Part shown: positions 33,929-42,838 of the stretch, piece after piece
Layout: each line of letters starts with the position of its first letter
Numbering within the stretch: position 1 is the stretch's first letter
Source: Oxalobacteraceae bacterium
GTDB taxonomy: Bacteria > Pseudomonadota > Gammaproteobacteria > Burkholderiales > Burkholderiaceae_D
Direction of reading: 5' to 3'
NCBI GenBank assembly: GCA_947448025.1
Contig: CANFLV010000004.1
Location: forward strand, 77,221 to 141,220
Length of the DNA: 64,000 bases
Notes under the pieces: generated by a model
Told to the model about the DNA's origin: nothing
The model's input: the letters and a program-made list of their open reading frames with translations, nothing else
Databases searched by the model: none
Translations under genes and position numbers: made by a program

Positions 33929-35695
33929 ATGTTGATTGACACAAGACAGGTTGAAGATGGCACTGCGATCCGCGCCACGGTCTGCATCATCGGCGGCGGT
34001 GTCGCCGGCATTACCCTGGTGCGGGAGCTGGATGCGCAAGGTGTCGACTGCGTCCTGCTCGAAAGCGGCGGCCTGGAGCCCGATGACGATACGCGCGATC
34101 TTTACCGTGGCCAGGCGACTGGATTGCCGTATGTCTTTGCCGATGGCTGCCGTAGCCGCTACCTGGGCGGTGGCAGTAATTGCTGGGGCGGCTGGTGCCG
34201 CCCGCTCGACGCATGGGATTTCGAGCGACGTGACTGGATTCCCCACAGCGGCTGGCCGTTCGGGCTCAAGGATCTGGCGCCTTACTATGCACGCACACAC
34301 AGTTTGTTGAAACTTGGACCCGATAATTTCGATCCGGCGTGGTGGGAAGCGGCGATCGGCCGGCGTGATGTCCAGCGCATACCGCTGCTGAGCGGCCGCG
34401 TGCGCGATACGATTTCGCAATTCAGTCCGCCAGTACGCTTTGGCAAACTGTATCGCGGACAGTTACAGAGTTCGAAGCGCATCCGGGTTTTTTTGTATGC
34501 AAACGTGACCAGCATTGAGACTGGTCGCAGCGGCCAGTACGTCACGCAGGTGCAGGTAAAGACGCTCACGGGGCGCAAGCTGACGGTCAGTGCGCAGCAT
34601 TTCGTGCTGGCCGCTGGCGGGATTGAAAATCCGCGGCTGCTGCTCGCGTCGAACAAGGTTCATACGGCCGGCCTAGGCAATGCGCAGGACCTCGTCGGTC
34701 GCTTTTTCATGGACCATCCGCGCATGGCGACTGGCACCGTCAGGTTCAGCCGGCGCTGGTCGCGCAACAAGCTCTATGACCTCAAATACCACTACCAGAA
34801 TTCCGCCGTGTCGGCGCAGGGCATCAAGATCGCCTCGCAGTTTGCACTGACGCCTGAAGTGCTGGCGCAAGAAGGTCTGGGCAATGCGCGTATTTCCTTT
34901 TGTTCGACATTTTATGGCGAGGGTTCAGCGGGCGCGCAAGCCCTGTATCGTTGCAAGCAGGCCGCGCTGAAAAAGGAACAGCCGGACTGGAGCCTGGGAC
35001 GCGACATGCTGGCCATGATAGGACAGCCGGTCAATACCTTTGCCTATGGATTTACGCGGCTGTTTCATCCGCGCTCCTTGATCAAGGACGTGAAGTTCCA
35101 GGTCATCGTCGAAGCCTTGCCGGATCCGCAAAGTCGCGTGCGCCTGTCCGAGAGCCGGGTTGATCGCCTCGGTATGCCGCGTGTCGAAGTTAACTGGCGT
35201 CTCGGTGAACAGGTCAAGCGCAGCTTCGACCGTACGCTCGTGATCGTGGCTGAGGAATTGCGCCGCAGTGGCGTGGCCGAAGTCGCGCTTGACCTGCCCC
35301 TCGAAGGGCGCGACTGGCCGGCGTCACTGGAAAAGGAGGGCACCTGGCACCATATGGGCACGACGCGCATGCATGACTCGCCGCGGCAGGGCGTGGTCGA
35401 CCGCGACTGCCGCGTGCACGGCATGCATAATTTGTACATCGCTGGCAGCTCGGTATTCCCAACAGCAGGTGCAAATTTTCCGACGATTACGATTGCCGCG
35501 CTGACCTTGCGTCTGGCCGATCATCTCAAGCGCGAACTGACGCTGCCGGACAAGCCGGCCCTGATACGCTCACCGAAGACCGAGGCGCTATCGGGTACGG
35601 GCTTGATCACGCCGCAGCCAGTCGCGCCGGTCGGCGCCATTGCACCCGGCTTACCATTGGTGGCCAGGCGCATCCTGCGCTCGCCGCGCAAATAA
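33929..35695 (+). CDS. GMC-family FAD-dependent oxidoreductase
   Basis: N-terminal VCIIGGGVAGITLVRELD dinucleotide fold and a C-terminal GMC_oxred_C-like region (WHHMGTTRM ... NLYIAGSSVFPT). Confidence 0.8.
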   Translation: MLIDTRQVEDGTAIRATVCIIGGGVAGITLVRELDAQGVDCVLLESGGLEPDDDTRDLYRGQATGLPYVFADGCRSRYLGGGSNCWGGWCRPLDAWDFERRDWIPHSGWPFGLKDLAPYYARTHSLLKLGPDNFDPAWWEAAIGRRDVQRIPLLSGRVRDTISQFSPPVRFGKLYRGQLQSSKRIRVFLYANVTSIETGRSGQYVTQVQVKTLTGRKLTVSAQHFVLAAGGIENPRLLLASNKVHTAGLGNAQDLVGRFFMDHPRMATGTVRFSRRWSRNKLYDLKYHYQNSAVSAQGIKIASQFALTPEVLAQEGLGNARISFCSTFYGEGSAGAQALYRCKQAALKKEQPDWSLGRDMLAMIGQPVNTFAYGFTRLFHPRSLIKDVKFQVIVEALPDPQSRVRLSESRVDRLGMPRVEVNWRLGEQVKRSFDRTLVIVAEELRRSGVAEVALDLPLEGRDWPASLEKEGTWHHMGTTRMHDSPRQGVVDRDCRVHGMHNLYIAGSSVFPTAGANFPTITIAALTLRLADHLKRELTLPDKPALIRSPKTEALSGTGLITPQPVAPVGAIAPGLPLVARRILRSPRK

Positions 35696-35719
35696 ATTGG
35701 CTTAGCGCCATACGCGCCT

Positions 35720-36760
35720 ATGGACGGAAAAATCATCCTCGTCACGGGTGCCGCCGGCTATATCGGTAGCCATACCTGTGTTGAATTACTGGACGCAGGT
35801 TATCGCGTCGTTGCACTCGATAACCTGTGCAACAGTTCCCGCGAAGCGCTCTTGCGCGTTGAAGCACTGAGTGGCCGCGCTGTGCCCTTTCATTTTGCCG
35901 ATGTCCGCGATGCAGCAGCGCTCGATATACTGTTCGCGCAACATGCGATCGACGCGGTAATCCACTTCGCAGGATTGAAGGCGGTCGGTGAATCTGTCGA
36001 CGCGCCATTGCACTATTTCGATAACAACGTCGCTGGCAGCCTGTGTCTGCTGAACTGCATGCGTCGCGCTGGAATTCACCATTTTTTATTCAGCTCCTCG
36101 GCGACCGTGTATGGCGATCCCGAGACTGTGCCGATTCCCGAACAGGCGTGCACGCGCGTGACCAATCCCTATGGCCGCTCAAAGCTGATGATCGAAGAGA
36201 TGCTGGCGGATCTCATGCGCAGCGATGCGCAGTGGGTGATTGGCGTACTGCGCTATTTCAATCCGGTCGGCGCCCACGCCAGCGGCATGATCGGTGAGGA
36301 TCCGCGCGGCATACCGAATAATCTGCTGCCTTTCATCAGCCAGGTCGCCGCCGGCCAGCGTGAGTGCGTGGCCGTGTATGGCGCTGACTATCCGACGCCG
36401 GATGGCACGGGTGTGCGCGACTACATCCATGTCGTTGACCTCGCGCGCGGGCATGTCGCAGCTCTGCGCCGCATGTTTGCATCGGGGGGCGGCTTCACGG
36501 TTAATCTGGGGACGGGGCGCGGCTATAGCGTCTTGCAAATGCTGCGCGCCTTTGAAGCGGTGAGCGGCCGCAGTATTCCATTTGAACTCGTCGCTCGCCG
36601 GCCTGGCGATATCGGCATCTGCTATGCCGATACGCGCTTGGCAAAAGAGCTGCTCGACTGGCAGGCAGGCAAAGACATTCACGCTATGTGCGCTGACCAC
36701 TGGCGCTGGCAAAGCATGAATCCGCGCGGATATTCAGGCAGCGTGTTGCAGGGCGGATAA
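35720..36760 (+). CDS. galE: UDP-glucose 4-epimerase
   Basis: GAAGYIGSH Rossmann motif, the YGRSK catalytic YxxxK, and GalE-like sequence throughout. Confidence 0.9.
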   Translation: MDGKIILVTGAAGYIGSHTCVELLDAGYRVVALDNLCNSSREALLRVEALSGRAVPFHFADVRDAAALDILFAQHAIDAVIHFAGLKAVGESVDAPLHYFDNNVAGSLCLLNCMRRAGIHHFLFSSSATVYGDPETVPIPEQACTRVTNPYGRSKLMIEEMLADLMRSDAQWVIGVLRYFNPVGAHASGMIGEDPRGIPNNLLPFISQVAAGQRECVAVYGADYPTPDGTGVRDYIHVVDLARGHVAALRRMFASGGGFTVNLGTGRGYSVLQMLRAFEAVSGRSIPFELVARRPGDIGICYADTRLAKELLDWQAGKDIHAMCADHWRWQSMNPRGYSGSVLQGG

Positions 36761-37087
36761 GTCCGCCGCTTTCGCCGCGCCGCCGGCTCACTGCCGCTGA
36801 GTAAGCCAACCTGACGAGCCATCTATTTCCTGACTTTTGATGATGCCATATTCAATTCATCAATTGATCATTATCGTTATTTCCCTCAATTAATTTTCCC
36901 AACAACATCAATTCTGCAAGGAACCTTTTTCCAGAAGGAAAGGTCTGAATTTCCGGTGCGTATCGCTTTTTTTGTGTGGCCCGGCAATCCTGAGCAGCCC
37001 TCCACACAGAACCCCCGGTTAATTGAAAGCCATCATGTTGCACATGATCGATGGGCACCTCTTTTCTTAATTTTGCAGGAGTTCCCA

Positions 37088-38815
37088 TTGAATCGTTTAG
37101 CCTATCCCACACTTTGTGCATTGACACTAGCCATCACCGCTTGCGGTGGTGATGCTACACAACAAAGCGCCGCTGGCACTGGTGCCGTGAGTAGCGCCAA
37201 TCTGGCGCAAACAGTCGCTTTGCCGACCAAACTCGCCGCCGACATTACGGTCGTGCAGGGCCCGGCCGGCCAGAATGGCGCGGACTATGTGCCGAAACTG
37301 ACCGAAACCTTTAGCGTTGCCACCTTGAATACGGCGCTGTGGAATGACCATATCTGGTACGAAGCGTCGAATCCAAGCAAGAACTTTACGATAGAAAACA
37401 GTGCCCTGAAAATCTGGCCGCAGCTCGATGCGAGCGGCAAGTTTTTCAATCGCACACTCGATACTGATGGCCATTTTTCGCAGCTCTACGGTTATTTTGA
37501 AATGGAAGCCAAACTGCCAAAAGGCAAAGGTACCTGGCCGGCATTCTGGATGATGAGTCACGCCAGCGCCAAGCGGCCCGAGATCGATATCATGAAAGCC
37601 ATGCCGGGCGCGGCGGGCTGGGGCACGGCCGGTAATGACACGGTCCTGGCGCCGACGGCTTATGGTCCGACGAGCTGGTTTGACGCTGGACAGCAGGCCG
37701 GATTCAAGCTCGTGAAAACGCCTGATCTGTCGACGGCTTTCCATAAATTCGGCATGAAATGGGAACCGAACAAACAGACCTTCTATCTTGATGGTGTCGT
37801 TGTACACACGATCAATGCTAGCCTGTCGACGCCGATGTACATCTTGCTCGACCTTTGGTTCGGCGGCGCCGCTGGCACGCCTGACCACACAACGCCGACC
37901 GGTCCGGGCAATGCGTTCCAGGTCAATTATGTGAGGACTTGGCAGTTCAAGAATGGCGTATCTGCACCGCTGTCGGATGCGACGAAGCCGGCACCAATAC
38001 CGGTACCGGCACCAACGCCAGCGCCGGCTCCAGCTCCCGTACCAGCTCCCGTACCAGCTCCCGTGCCAGCCCCGGCACCAGCCCCGGCACCAGCACCTGC
38101 TCCATCAACGACGACCATGGCGCCATTCGGCCAGACTGCGACCGCGTTCACATTAAGCTACAGTGAAGAGTTCACCGGCACCGCCCTGAACACGGCACGC
38201 TGGAATGACAAGATCTGGTACGAAGTCGCCCCCGGGACAAAGAACTATGCAGTCGAAAACGGCGCGCTGAAAATATGGCCGGCACGCGACGCGAACGGCA
38301 AGTTTTTCAATCGCACCATTGATACTGACGGCAAGTTCACTCAGACCTACGGCTATTTCGAAGTCGAAGCCAAACTGCCAAAAGGCAAGGGAACCTGGCC
38401 CGCGTTCTGGCTGTTCAATCACATCGGCGCGCGCCGCCCAGAGATTGACATCATGGAAGCCTATGCCGGTGGTGTTGCGCCTTGGGGCAAGATCGTCAAT
38501 GGCGTCGCAGTGCCAACAATGTATGCGTCCACCGTCTGGAAGGATGCGACGGTGCAGGCAGGCATGATCAAGGTGCCGACCGTCGATCTGTCGGCGGGCT
38601 TCCACAAATATGCGTTGAAGTGGGAAGCGAACAAGCAATCTTTCTATTTTGATGGCAAGCTCGTCGGCACCGTCAACGTCACCATGGCTGATCCGATGTA
38701 CATGATGCTCGACCTCTGGTACGGCAGCGCGAGCGGCACGCCCGATAACTCGACGCCAGTGGGCAAAGCAAATTCCTATGAAATCAATTATGTACGGGCC
38801 TGGAAGATGAAGTAA
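37088..38815 (+). CDS. Lipoprotein with two glycoside hydrolase family 16 (GH16) modules joined by a Pro/Ala/Val linker
   Basis: TTG start at 37088 six nt after AGGAG, giving the lipobox LAITAC. The two modules are mutually alignable. Module 2 carries the GH16 catalytic motif EIDIME; module 1 reads EIDIMK. Confidence 0.75.
   Translation: MNRLAYPTLCALTLAITACGGDATQQSAAGTGAVSSANLAQTVALPTKLAADITVVQGPAGQNGADYVPKLTETFSVATLNTALWNDHIWYEASNPSKNFTIENSALKIWPQLDASGKFFNRTLDTDGHFSQLYGYFEMEAKLPKGKGTWPAFWMMSHASAKRPEIDIMKAMPGAAGWGTAGNDTVLAPTAYGPTSWFDAGQQAGFKLVKTPDLSTAFHKFGMKWEPNKQTFYLDGVVVHTINASLSTPMYILLDLWFGGAAGTPDHTTPTGPGNAFQVNYVRTWQFKNGVSAPLSDATKPAPIPVPAPTPAPAPAPVPAPVPAPVPAPAPAPAPAPAPSTTTMAPFGQTATAFTLSYSEEFTGTALNTARWNDKIWYEVAPGTKNYAVENGALKIWPARDANGKFFNRTIDTDGKFTQTYGYFEVEAKLPKGKGTWPAFWLFNHIGARRPEIDIMEAYAGGVAPWGKIVNGVAVPTMYASTVWKDATVQAGMIKVPTVDLSAGFHKYALKWEANKQSFYFDGKLVGTVNVTMADPMYMMLDLWYGSASGTPDNSTPVGKANSYEINYVRAWKMK
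38030..38101 (+). repeat. Six tandem 12-bp units (CCAGCTCCCGTA-like) encoding the (PAPV/PAPA)n interdomain linker
   Basis: Read directly: units at 38030, 38042, 38054, 38066, 38078 and 38090. Confidence 0.8.
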
Positions 38816-38833
38816 TCCACGATCCTGCCTCGT

Positions 38834-38865
38834 AAAGCCGACAGCTGTTTAGTCGGCTTTTTTAA
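38834..38865 (+). terminator. Rho-independent terminator after the double-GH16 gene
   Basis: AAAGCCGAC-loop-GTCGGCTTT followed by TTTT. Confidence 0.6.
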
Positions 38866-39030
38866 TTTTATGCTGGGATGCTAATTTTTAAGTTGAGAAG
38901 AGAAAATATTCACCCAGAAAGTTTCTGCTTTCTTTAAGGAACGTTCCTCAAAGCAAGGCGCTCTTAACTCCTGTGTTCGCTATTTTGCGAGCCAGAAATT
39001 TCAGCCCTTACTTTGAAAGACTCCATTCAG

Positions 39031-40020
39031 ATGATCGCAAAAATGACCCTGACTCGCCCCTTGTTTCAATTGACGGCCATTGCTTCTGTTGCCTTGCTGC
39101 TCGCGGTCTGTGGTGGCGGTGGCCCAGACTCTGCGCCTAGTGCAGCCGAACTGCAACCCCAGACACTGGCCAGCACGGTAGCGTCAAACGGCCAGACTGC
39201 AGCTCAAGATAATCCTGCCGCGGCATCGGCAGTTACTGCAGCTGCCACCGCGACCTCGTCGCCGACAGCCGCTGCGGCGACGAGCGCGACCGCTGCATCC
39301 GCTGCACCTGGTGCAGGATCAGTAGTGTCTCCGTATGGACAAAATGCGGCGCTCTATACGACGACATTCACTGACGAATTTTCCAACGGCCTTAATCCCA
39401 GCGTCTGGAATGACAAGATTTGGTATGAAGTCGCGCCCGGCACAAAAAATTACACTGTCGAAAACGGCAGTCTGAAAATCTGGCCGCAGCGCGACGCCAG
39501 CGGTAAATTTTTCAATCGCACCATTGATACCGATGGCAAGTATTACCAGACTTACGGCTACTTCGAAATTGAAGCCAAGCTGCCAAAAGGCAAGGGCACC
39601 TGGCCGGCATTCTGGCTCTTTAATCATATCGACAAGCGTCGCCCTGAAATCGACATCATGGAAGCGTATGCCGGTGGCGCCGCGCCTTGGGGCAAGGTCG
39701 TTGATGGTGTGGCCCATCCAACAATGTATGCCGCGACAATCTGGAAAGACGCGGGTTCGCAGGCCGGCATGTCCAAGATAGCCACGCCCGATCTGTCGGC
39801 GGGTTTCCATAAATATGCGCTGAAATGGGAAGCCAACAAGCAGACCTATTACTTCGATGGCAAGGAAGTCTATTCACTCAACGTGACCATGTCTGACCGC
39901 ATGTACCTGATGCTCGACCTGTGGTTCGGCAGCGCCAGTGGCCAGGGTGATAACAGTACACCGACGGGCAAGGATAATTCCTATGAAGTCAATTATGTGC
40001 GGGCGTGGAAACTGAAATAA
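39031..40020 (+). CDS. GH16 family glycoside hydrolase lipoprotein (single module)
   Basis: Lipobox LLAVCGG, Ala/Thr/Ser-rich linker and a GH16 module with EIDIME. Very close paralogue of module 2 of the preceding gene. The track start at 39013 is a TTG; ATGs lie at 39031 and 39043. Confidence 0.8.
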   Translation: MIAKMTLTRPLFQLTAIASVALLLAVCGGGGPDSAPSAAELQPQTLASTVASNGQTAAQDNPAAASAVTAAATATSSPTAAAATSATAASAAPGAGSVVSPYGQNAALYTTTFTDEFSNGLNPSVWNDKIWYEVAPGTKNYTVENGSLKIWPQRDASGKFFNRTIDTDGKYYQTYGYFEIEAKLPKGKGTWPAFWLFNHIDKRRPEIDIMEAYAGGAAPWGKVVDGVAHPTMYAATIWKDAGSQAGMSKIATPDLSAGFHKYALKWEANKQTYYFDGKEVYSLNVTMSDRMYLMLDLWFGSASGQGDNSTPTGKDNSYEVNYVRAWKLK

Positions 40021-40037
40021 ATTCGCTTGTAGTAAGC

Positions 40038-40067
40038 AAGGCCGGCATCGACATGCCGGCCTTTTTT
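40038..40067 (+). terminator. Rho-independent terminator at the junction of the two convergent EPS operons
   Basis: AAGGCCGGCAT-CGAC-ATGCCGGCCTT followed by TTTTTT. The T-run overlaps the stop codon of the minus-strand gene. Confidence 0.6.
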
Positions 40068-40866
40068 ATGAGGGGCGCTGCCAGTAATGCTGCACTAACT
40101 GGCGCGCGATCCCGATCATGAACAGTGTATTCGTGATGGCATAGCGCTTGAACAGCCGACGCGGCTCAGTACACAGGCGATACAGCCATTCAAGGCCATG
40201 CCGCTGGCACCAGCGCGGCGCTCGCGGCACCGTGCCGGCATGATAATCAAATGCCGCACCCACACCGATCATGACCGCCTGGATTTTTCCGCGCTGCGCC
40301 GCCATCCATTTTTCCTGTTTCGGGCAGCCCAGCCCAACCAGCACGACATGCGCCCGGCTGCGATTGATCATGGCGATATCTGCGCGATCTTCTTCAGCCG
40401 TCAAGCTTCGAAACGGCGGCGCATGCATGCCACCCACCTGCAGATGCGGAAACTGCCGCAGTAGCCGCGCGCGCAAGATAGCCAGTGTAGCCTCAGTGCT
40501 GCCATAGAAAAAAACCGTTTGCTGCAAGGCCTCCGCCTGACGCAGGTATTTCCACATCAGGTCTGGTCCATTGATTCTTTCCTGCGTCGGGAATCCGAGC
40601 TGGCGCAGCGCCCACGCCACCGGTGCGCCATCGGGCGTGGCAAGGTCGGCCTCATTGAGGATTTGCTTGAAGGCTGGGTCGAGCGTGCCGGTGACGACGG
40701 AATGCACATTGCACATGCAAATATAGCGTGATGCATGCACCGCGCTCGCGCTGATGATGTTTGCCAGCGCCTGTTCCCAGCTGACGGCATCGATGCGCGC
40801 GCCGAGTACTTCAGCAAACTGGCAAGGTGCGGCACTGGTCTTGCCTGGACTGGATCGCATGTGCAT
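40066..40866 (-). CDS. WecB/TagA/CpsF family glycosyltransferase
   Basis: TagA-family pattern (VLGARIDAVSWEQAL..., TPDGAPVAWA, GPDLM, VGLGCPKQEKW). Confidence 0.8.
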   Translation of the reverse strand: MHMRSSPGKTSAAPCQFAEVLGARIDAVSWEQALANIISASAVHASRYICMCNVHSVVTGTLDPAFKQILNEADLATPDGAPVAWALRQLGFPTQERINGPDLMWKYLRQAEALQQTVFFYGSTEATLAILRARLLRQFPHLQVGGMHAPPFRSLTAEEDRADIAMINRSRAHVVLVGLGCPKQEKWMAAQRGKIQAVMIGVGAAFDYHAGTVPRAPRWCQRHGLEWLYRLCTEPRRLFKRYAITNTLFMIGIARQLVQHYWQRPS

Positions 40867-41989
40867 AAATATCCATCAATAATTCGTAATTACGTTGCGG
40901 CGTGTAATGCAGTGCATAGTCGCGGCGCGCCGATTCGCCCATGCGCCGCATCTGCGCGGGATGGGCTTCGGCCCAGGCGATTTTGCGCGCCAGGTCCGCC
41001 GGATCACCGGGCCGAAACAGCAGGCCGGTCACGCCGTCGCGCACCAGTTCAGCATAAGCGCCATGCGCGCTGGCGATGACGGGCGTGCCGCAGGCAAAGG
41101 CTTCGATGAGGCTCATGCCAAAGGTTTCATAACAAATGCTGGGCGCGACCAGCCAGGCCGCGCGCTGTAGCAGGGCCATCACGGCCGTCGGTGTTTGCGT
41201 GCCCAGATAGCATGCACCAAAACAGTCTTTGGCCAGCTGCGCCAGCGGTCCGTCGCCGATGATCTGCACAGCGCAGCCCGGCAAGAGCGCGAGCGCGTCG
41301 CACAATACATCGAGTCCTTTTTCGGCAGACAGCCGGCCGATGAACAGGCCGCCGGCACGCGGTACATCGTCAGTGCGCGCCGGCGCATGTACGAAATGCG
41401 GCTTGATACTGAGGCGCTCGGCAGGCAAGCCGCCTTCAATGAAGGTCGCGCGGCAGAATTCGTTGAGCGCGATGTAGCGCGTAATCTGCCTGGCATATGT
41501 GCCGCGCTGCCTATGGAATGCCAGCACGCCCGCAGCCACGGCCGACTGGCTCACAGAGTCGCGATAGCAGCGCCGCGTGATCGCACGCCAGGGCGCTTTG
41601 CCGATGCAGTCGCGACAGATACTGCCCTCGCGCAGCAGCATGCCTTGCGGGCACAGCAGGCGAAAATTATGCAGCGTCTGCACCAGTGGTATTCGGCGAC
41701 GCACCGCCGACTCGAAGAAGGCCGGTGAAATCAAGGGGAAGGTATTGTGGACATGGATCAGGTCGGGCGCAAAAGCTGTGCAGAGCCGCTCGATCTGCTG
41801 CGCTGCCGAGGCATTCCAGAACGCTGCGCCGGCCGCCTTGAAGGGCAGCATGTCGCGTAATTCGGTATTGCAGCGGCTGTAGAATTCGACCTCATGACCC
41901 GCTGCGCGCAGCAGCCCCAACTCGGCATGGACGACGGTGTCTTCACCGCCGCTGTGTTGGTAGGCATTGTGGACGATGAGGATTTTCAT
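40811..41989 (-). CDS. Glycosyltransferase family 4 (GT-B fold)
   Basis: MKILIVHNAYQHSGGED N-terminus and a C-terminal ETFGMSLIEAFACGTPVIAS (EX7E-type) motif. Confidence 0.85.
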   Translation of the reverse strand: MKILIVHNAYQHSGGEDTVVHAELGLLRAAGHEVEFYSRCNTELRDMLPFKAAGAAFWNASAAQQIERLCTAFAPDLIHVHNTFPLISPAFFESAVRRRIPLVQTLHNFRLLCPQGMLLREGSICRDCIGKAPWRAITRRCYRDSVSQSAVAAGVLAFHRQRGTYARQITRYIALNEFCRATFIEGGLPAERLSIKPHFVHAPARTDDVPRAGGLFIGRLSAEKGLDVLCDALALLPGCAVQIIGDGPLAQLAKDCFGACYLGTQTPTAVMALLQRAAWLVAPSICYETFGMSLIEAFACGTPVIASAHGAYAELVRDGVTGLLFRPGDPADLARKIAWAEAHPAQMRRMGESARRDYALHYTPQRNYELLMDIYAHAIQSRQDQCRTLPVC

Positions 41990-42004
41990 GGTCGGTGACT
42001 GCGC

Positions 42005-42754
42005 TTAGCCGCGCAGGAAGGCGCGCGTAGCCAATTGCGCATTCGTGAGCCGGTTCGCGGGTTTAACGCGCTGCGCCACATGGCCGAGAAATTGGTCGAA
42101 CTGCGGCCAGGCATTGAGCTCGTCGATGTCTTTCGCATGGCCCCACAAATGAAATACGCCACCCTGTTTGCGCGCATGGCTGAACAGGGCATAGAGCCTG
42201 AGCATCCAGTCATCGTTTTCCAGCGCCAGGCGTAAGCCAGCCTGTCGCCGGTGCCAGCGGCCGCCTTTGACAAAATTGCGCAGGTAGACGCTGCGACGGT
42301 GCGGATAAAACTGCATCGTCGTGGGCATTTCAAAACGCCGCCGGCCACTGTCGAAGCACAGATTGGTCGTCGTGCGCGCATAGGCAAAGCCGGCTTGCCG
42401 CAGCAGCTGCGCATGAACGCGACTGTATTTGCCGCCGGGGTAGCAAAAGCCCGGCACCGTGCGGCTCAGCATGTCTTCGAGACGTTTGCGACCTTCCATG
42501 ACCTGGAACTGGGCCACGGGCAGGTCGAGCTTGTTGAGGAAGCAGTGATCGTGCGTATGCGAGCCGATTTCGAAGCGGCTGGCGATCTCGCGCAAGTCGG
42601 CCGCGGGCATGACCGGCATGCCTTCGCGATTACGAATGGGGACGAAAAACGTCGCGTTCAGGCCGTGGCGCGACAGCAGTTCAAACGCCTTCATGTCGGA
42701 TGGATGGCCATCATCGATGGAACACGAAAAGATGACATCTTGATTCAATGGCAT
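42005..42754 (-). CDS. Polysaccharide deacetylase (NodB-homology) family protein
   Basis: SIDDGHPSD and IGSHTHDH metal/catalytic motifs. The ATG at 42754 is preceded by GGGAG; the track ORF extends to 42835. Confidence 0.75.
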   Translation of the reverse strand: MPLNQDVIFSCSIDDGHPSDMKAFELLSRHGLNATFFVPIRNREGMPVMPAADLREIASRFEIGSHTHDHCFLNKLDLPVAQFQVMEGRKRLEDMLSRTVPGFCYPGGKYSRVHAQLLRQAGFAYARTTTNLCFDSGRRRFEMPTTMQFYPHRRSVYLRNFVKGGRWHRRQAGLRLALENDDWMLRLYALFSHARKQGGVFHLWGHAKDIDELNAWPQFDQFLGHVAQRVKPANRLTNAQLATRAFLRG

Positions 42755-42838
42755 GCGTAAATCTCCCTCTTCAGGCTGCAGCTTAGCGCGCCTGCGAGCG
42801 GGGGGATTTGCGCCAGATCGAATGTTGGGCGGCACTGC

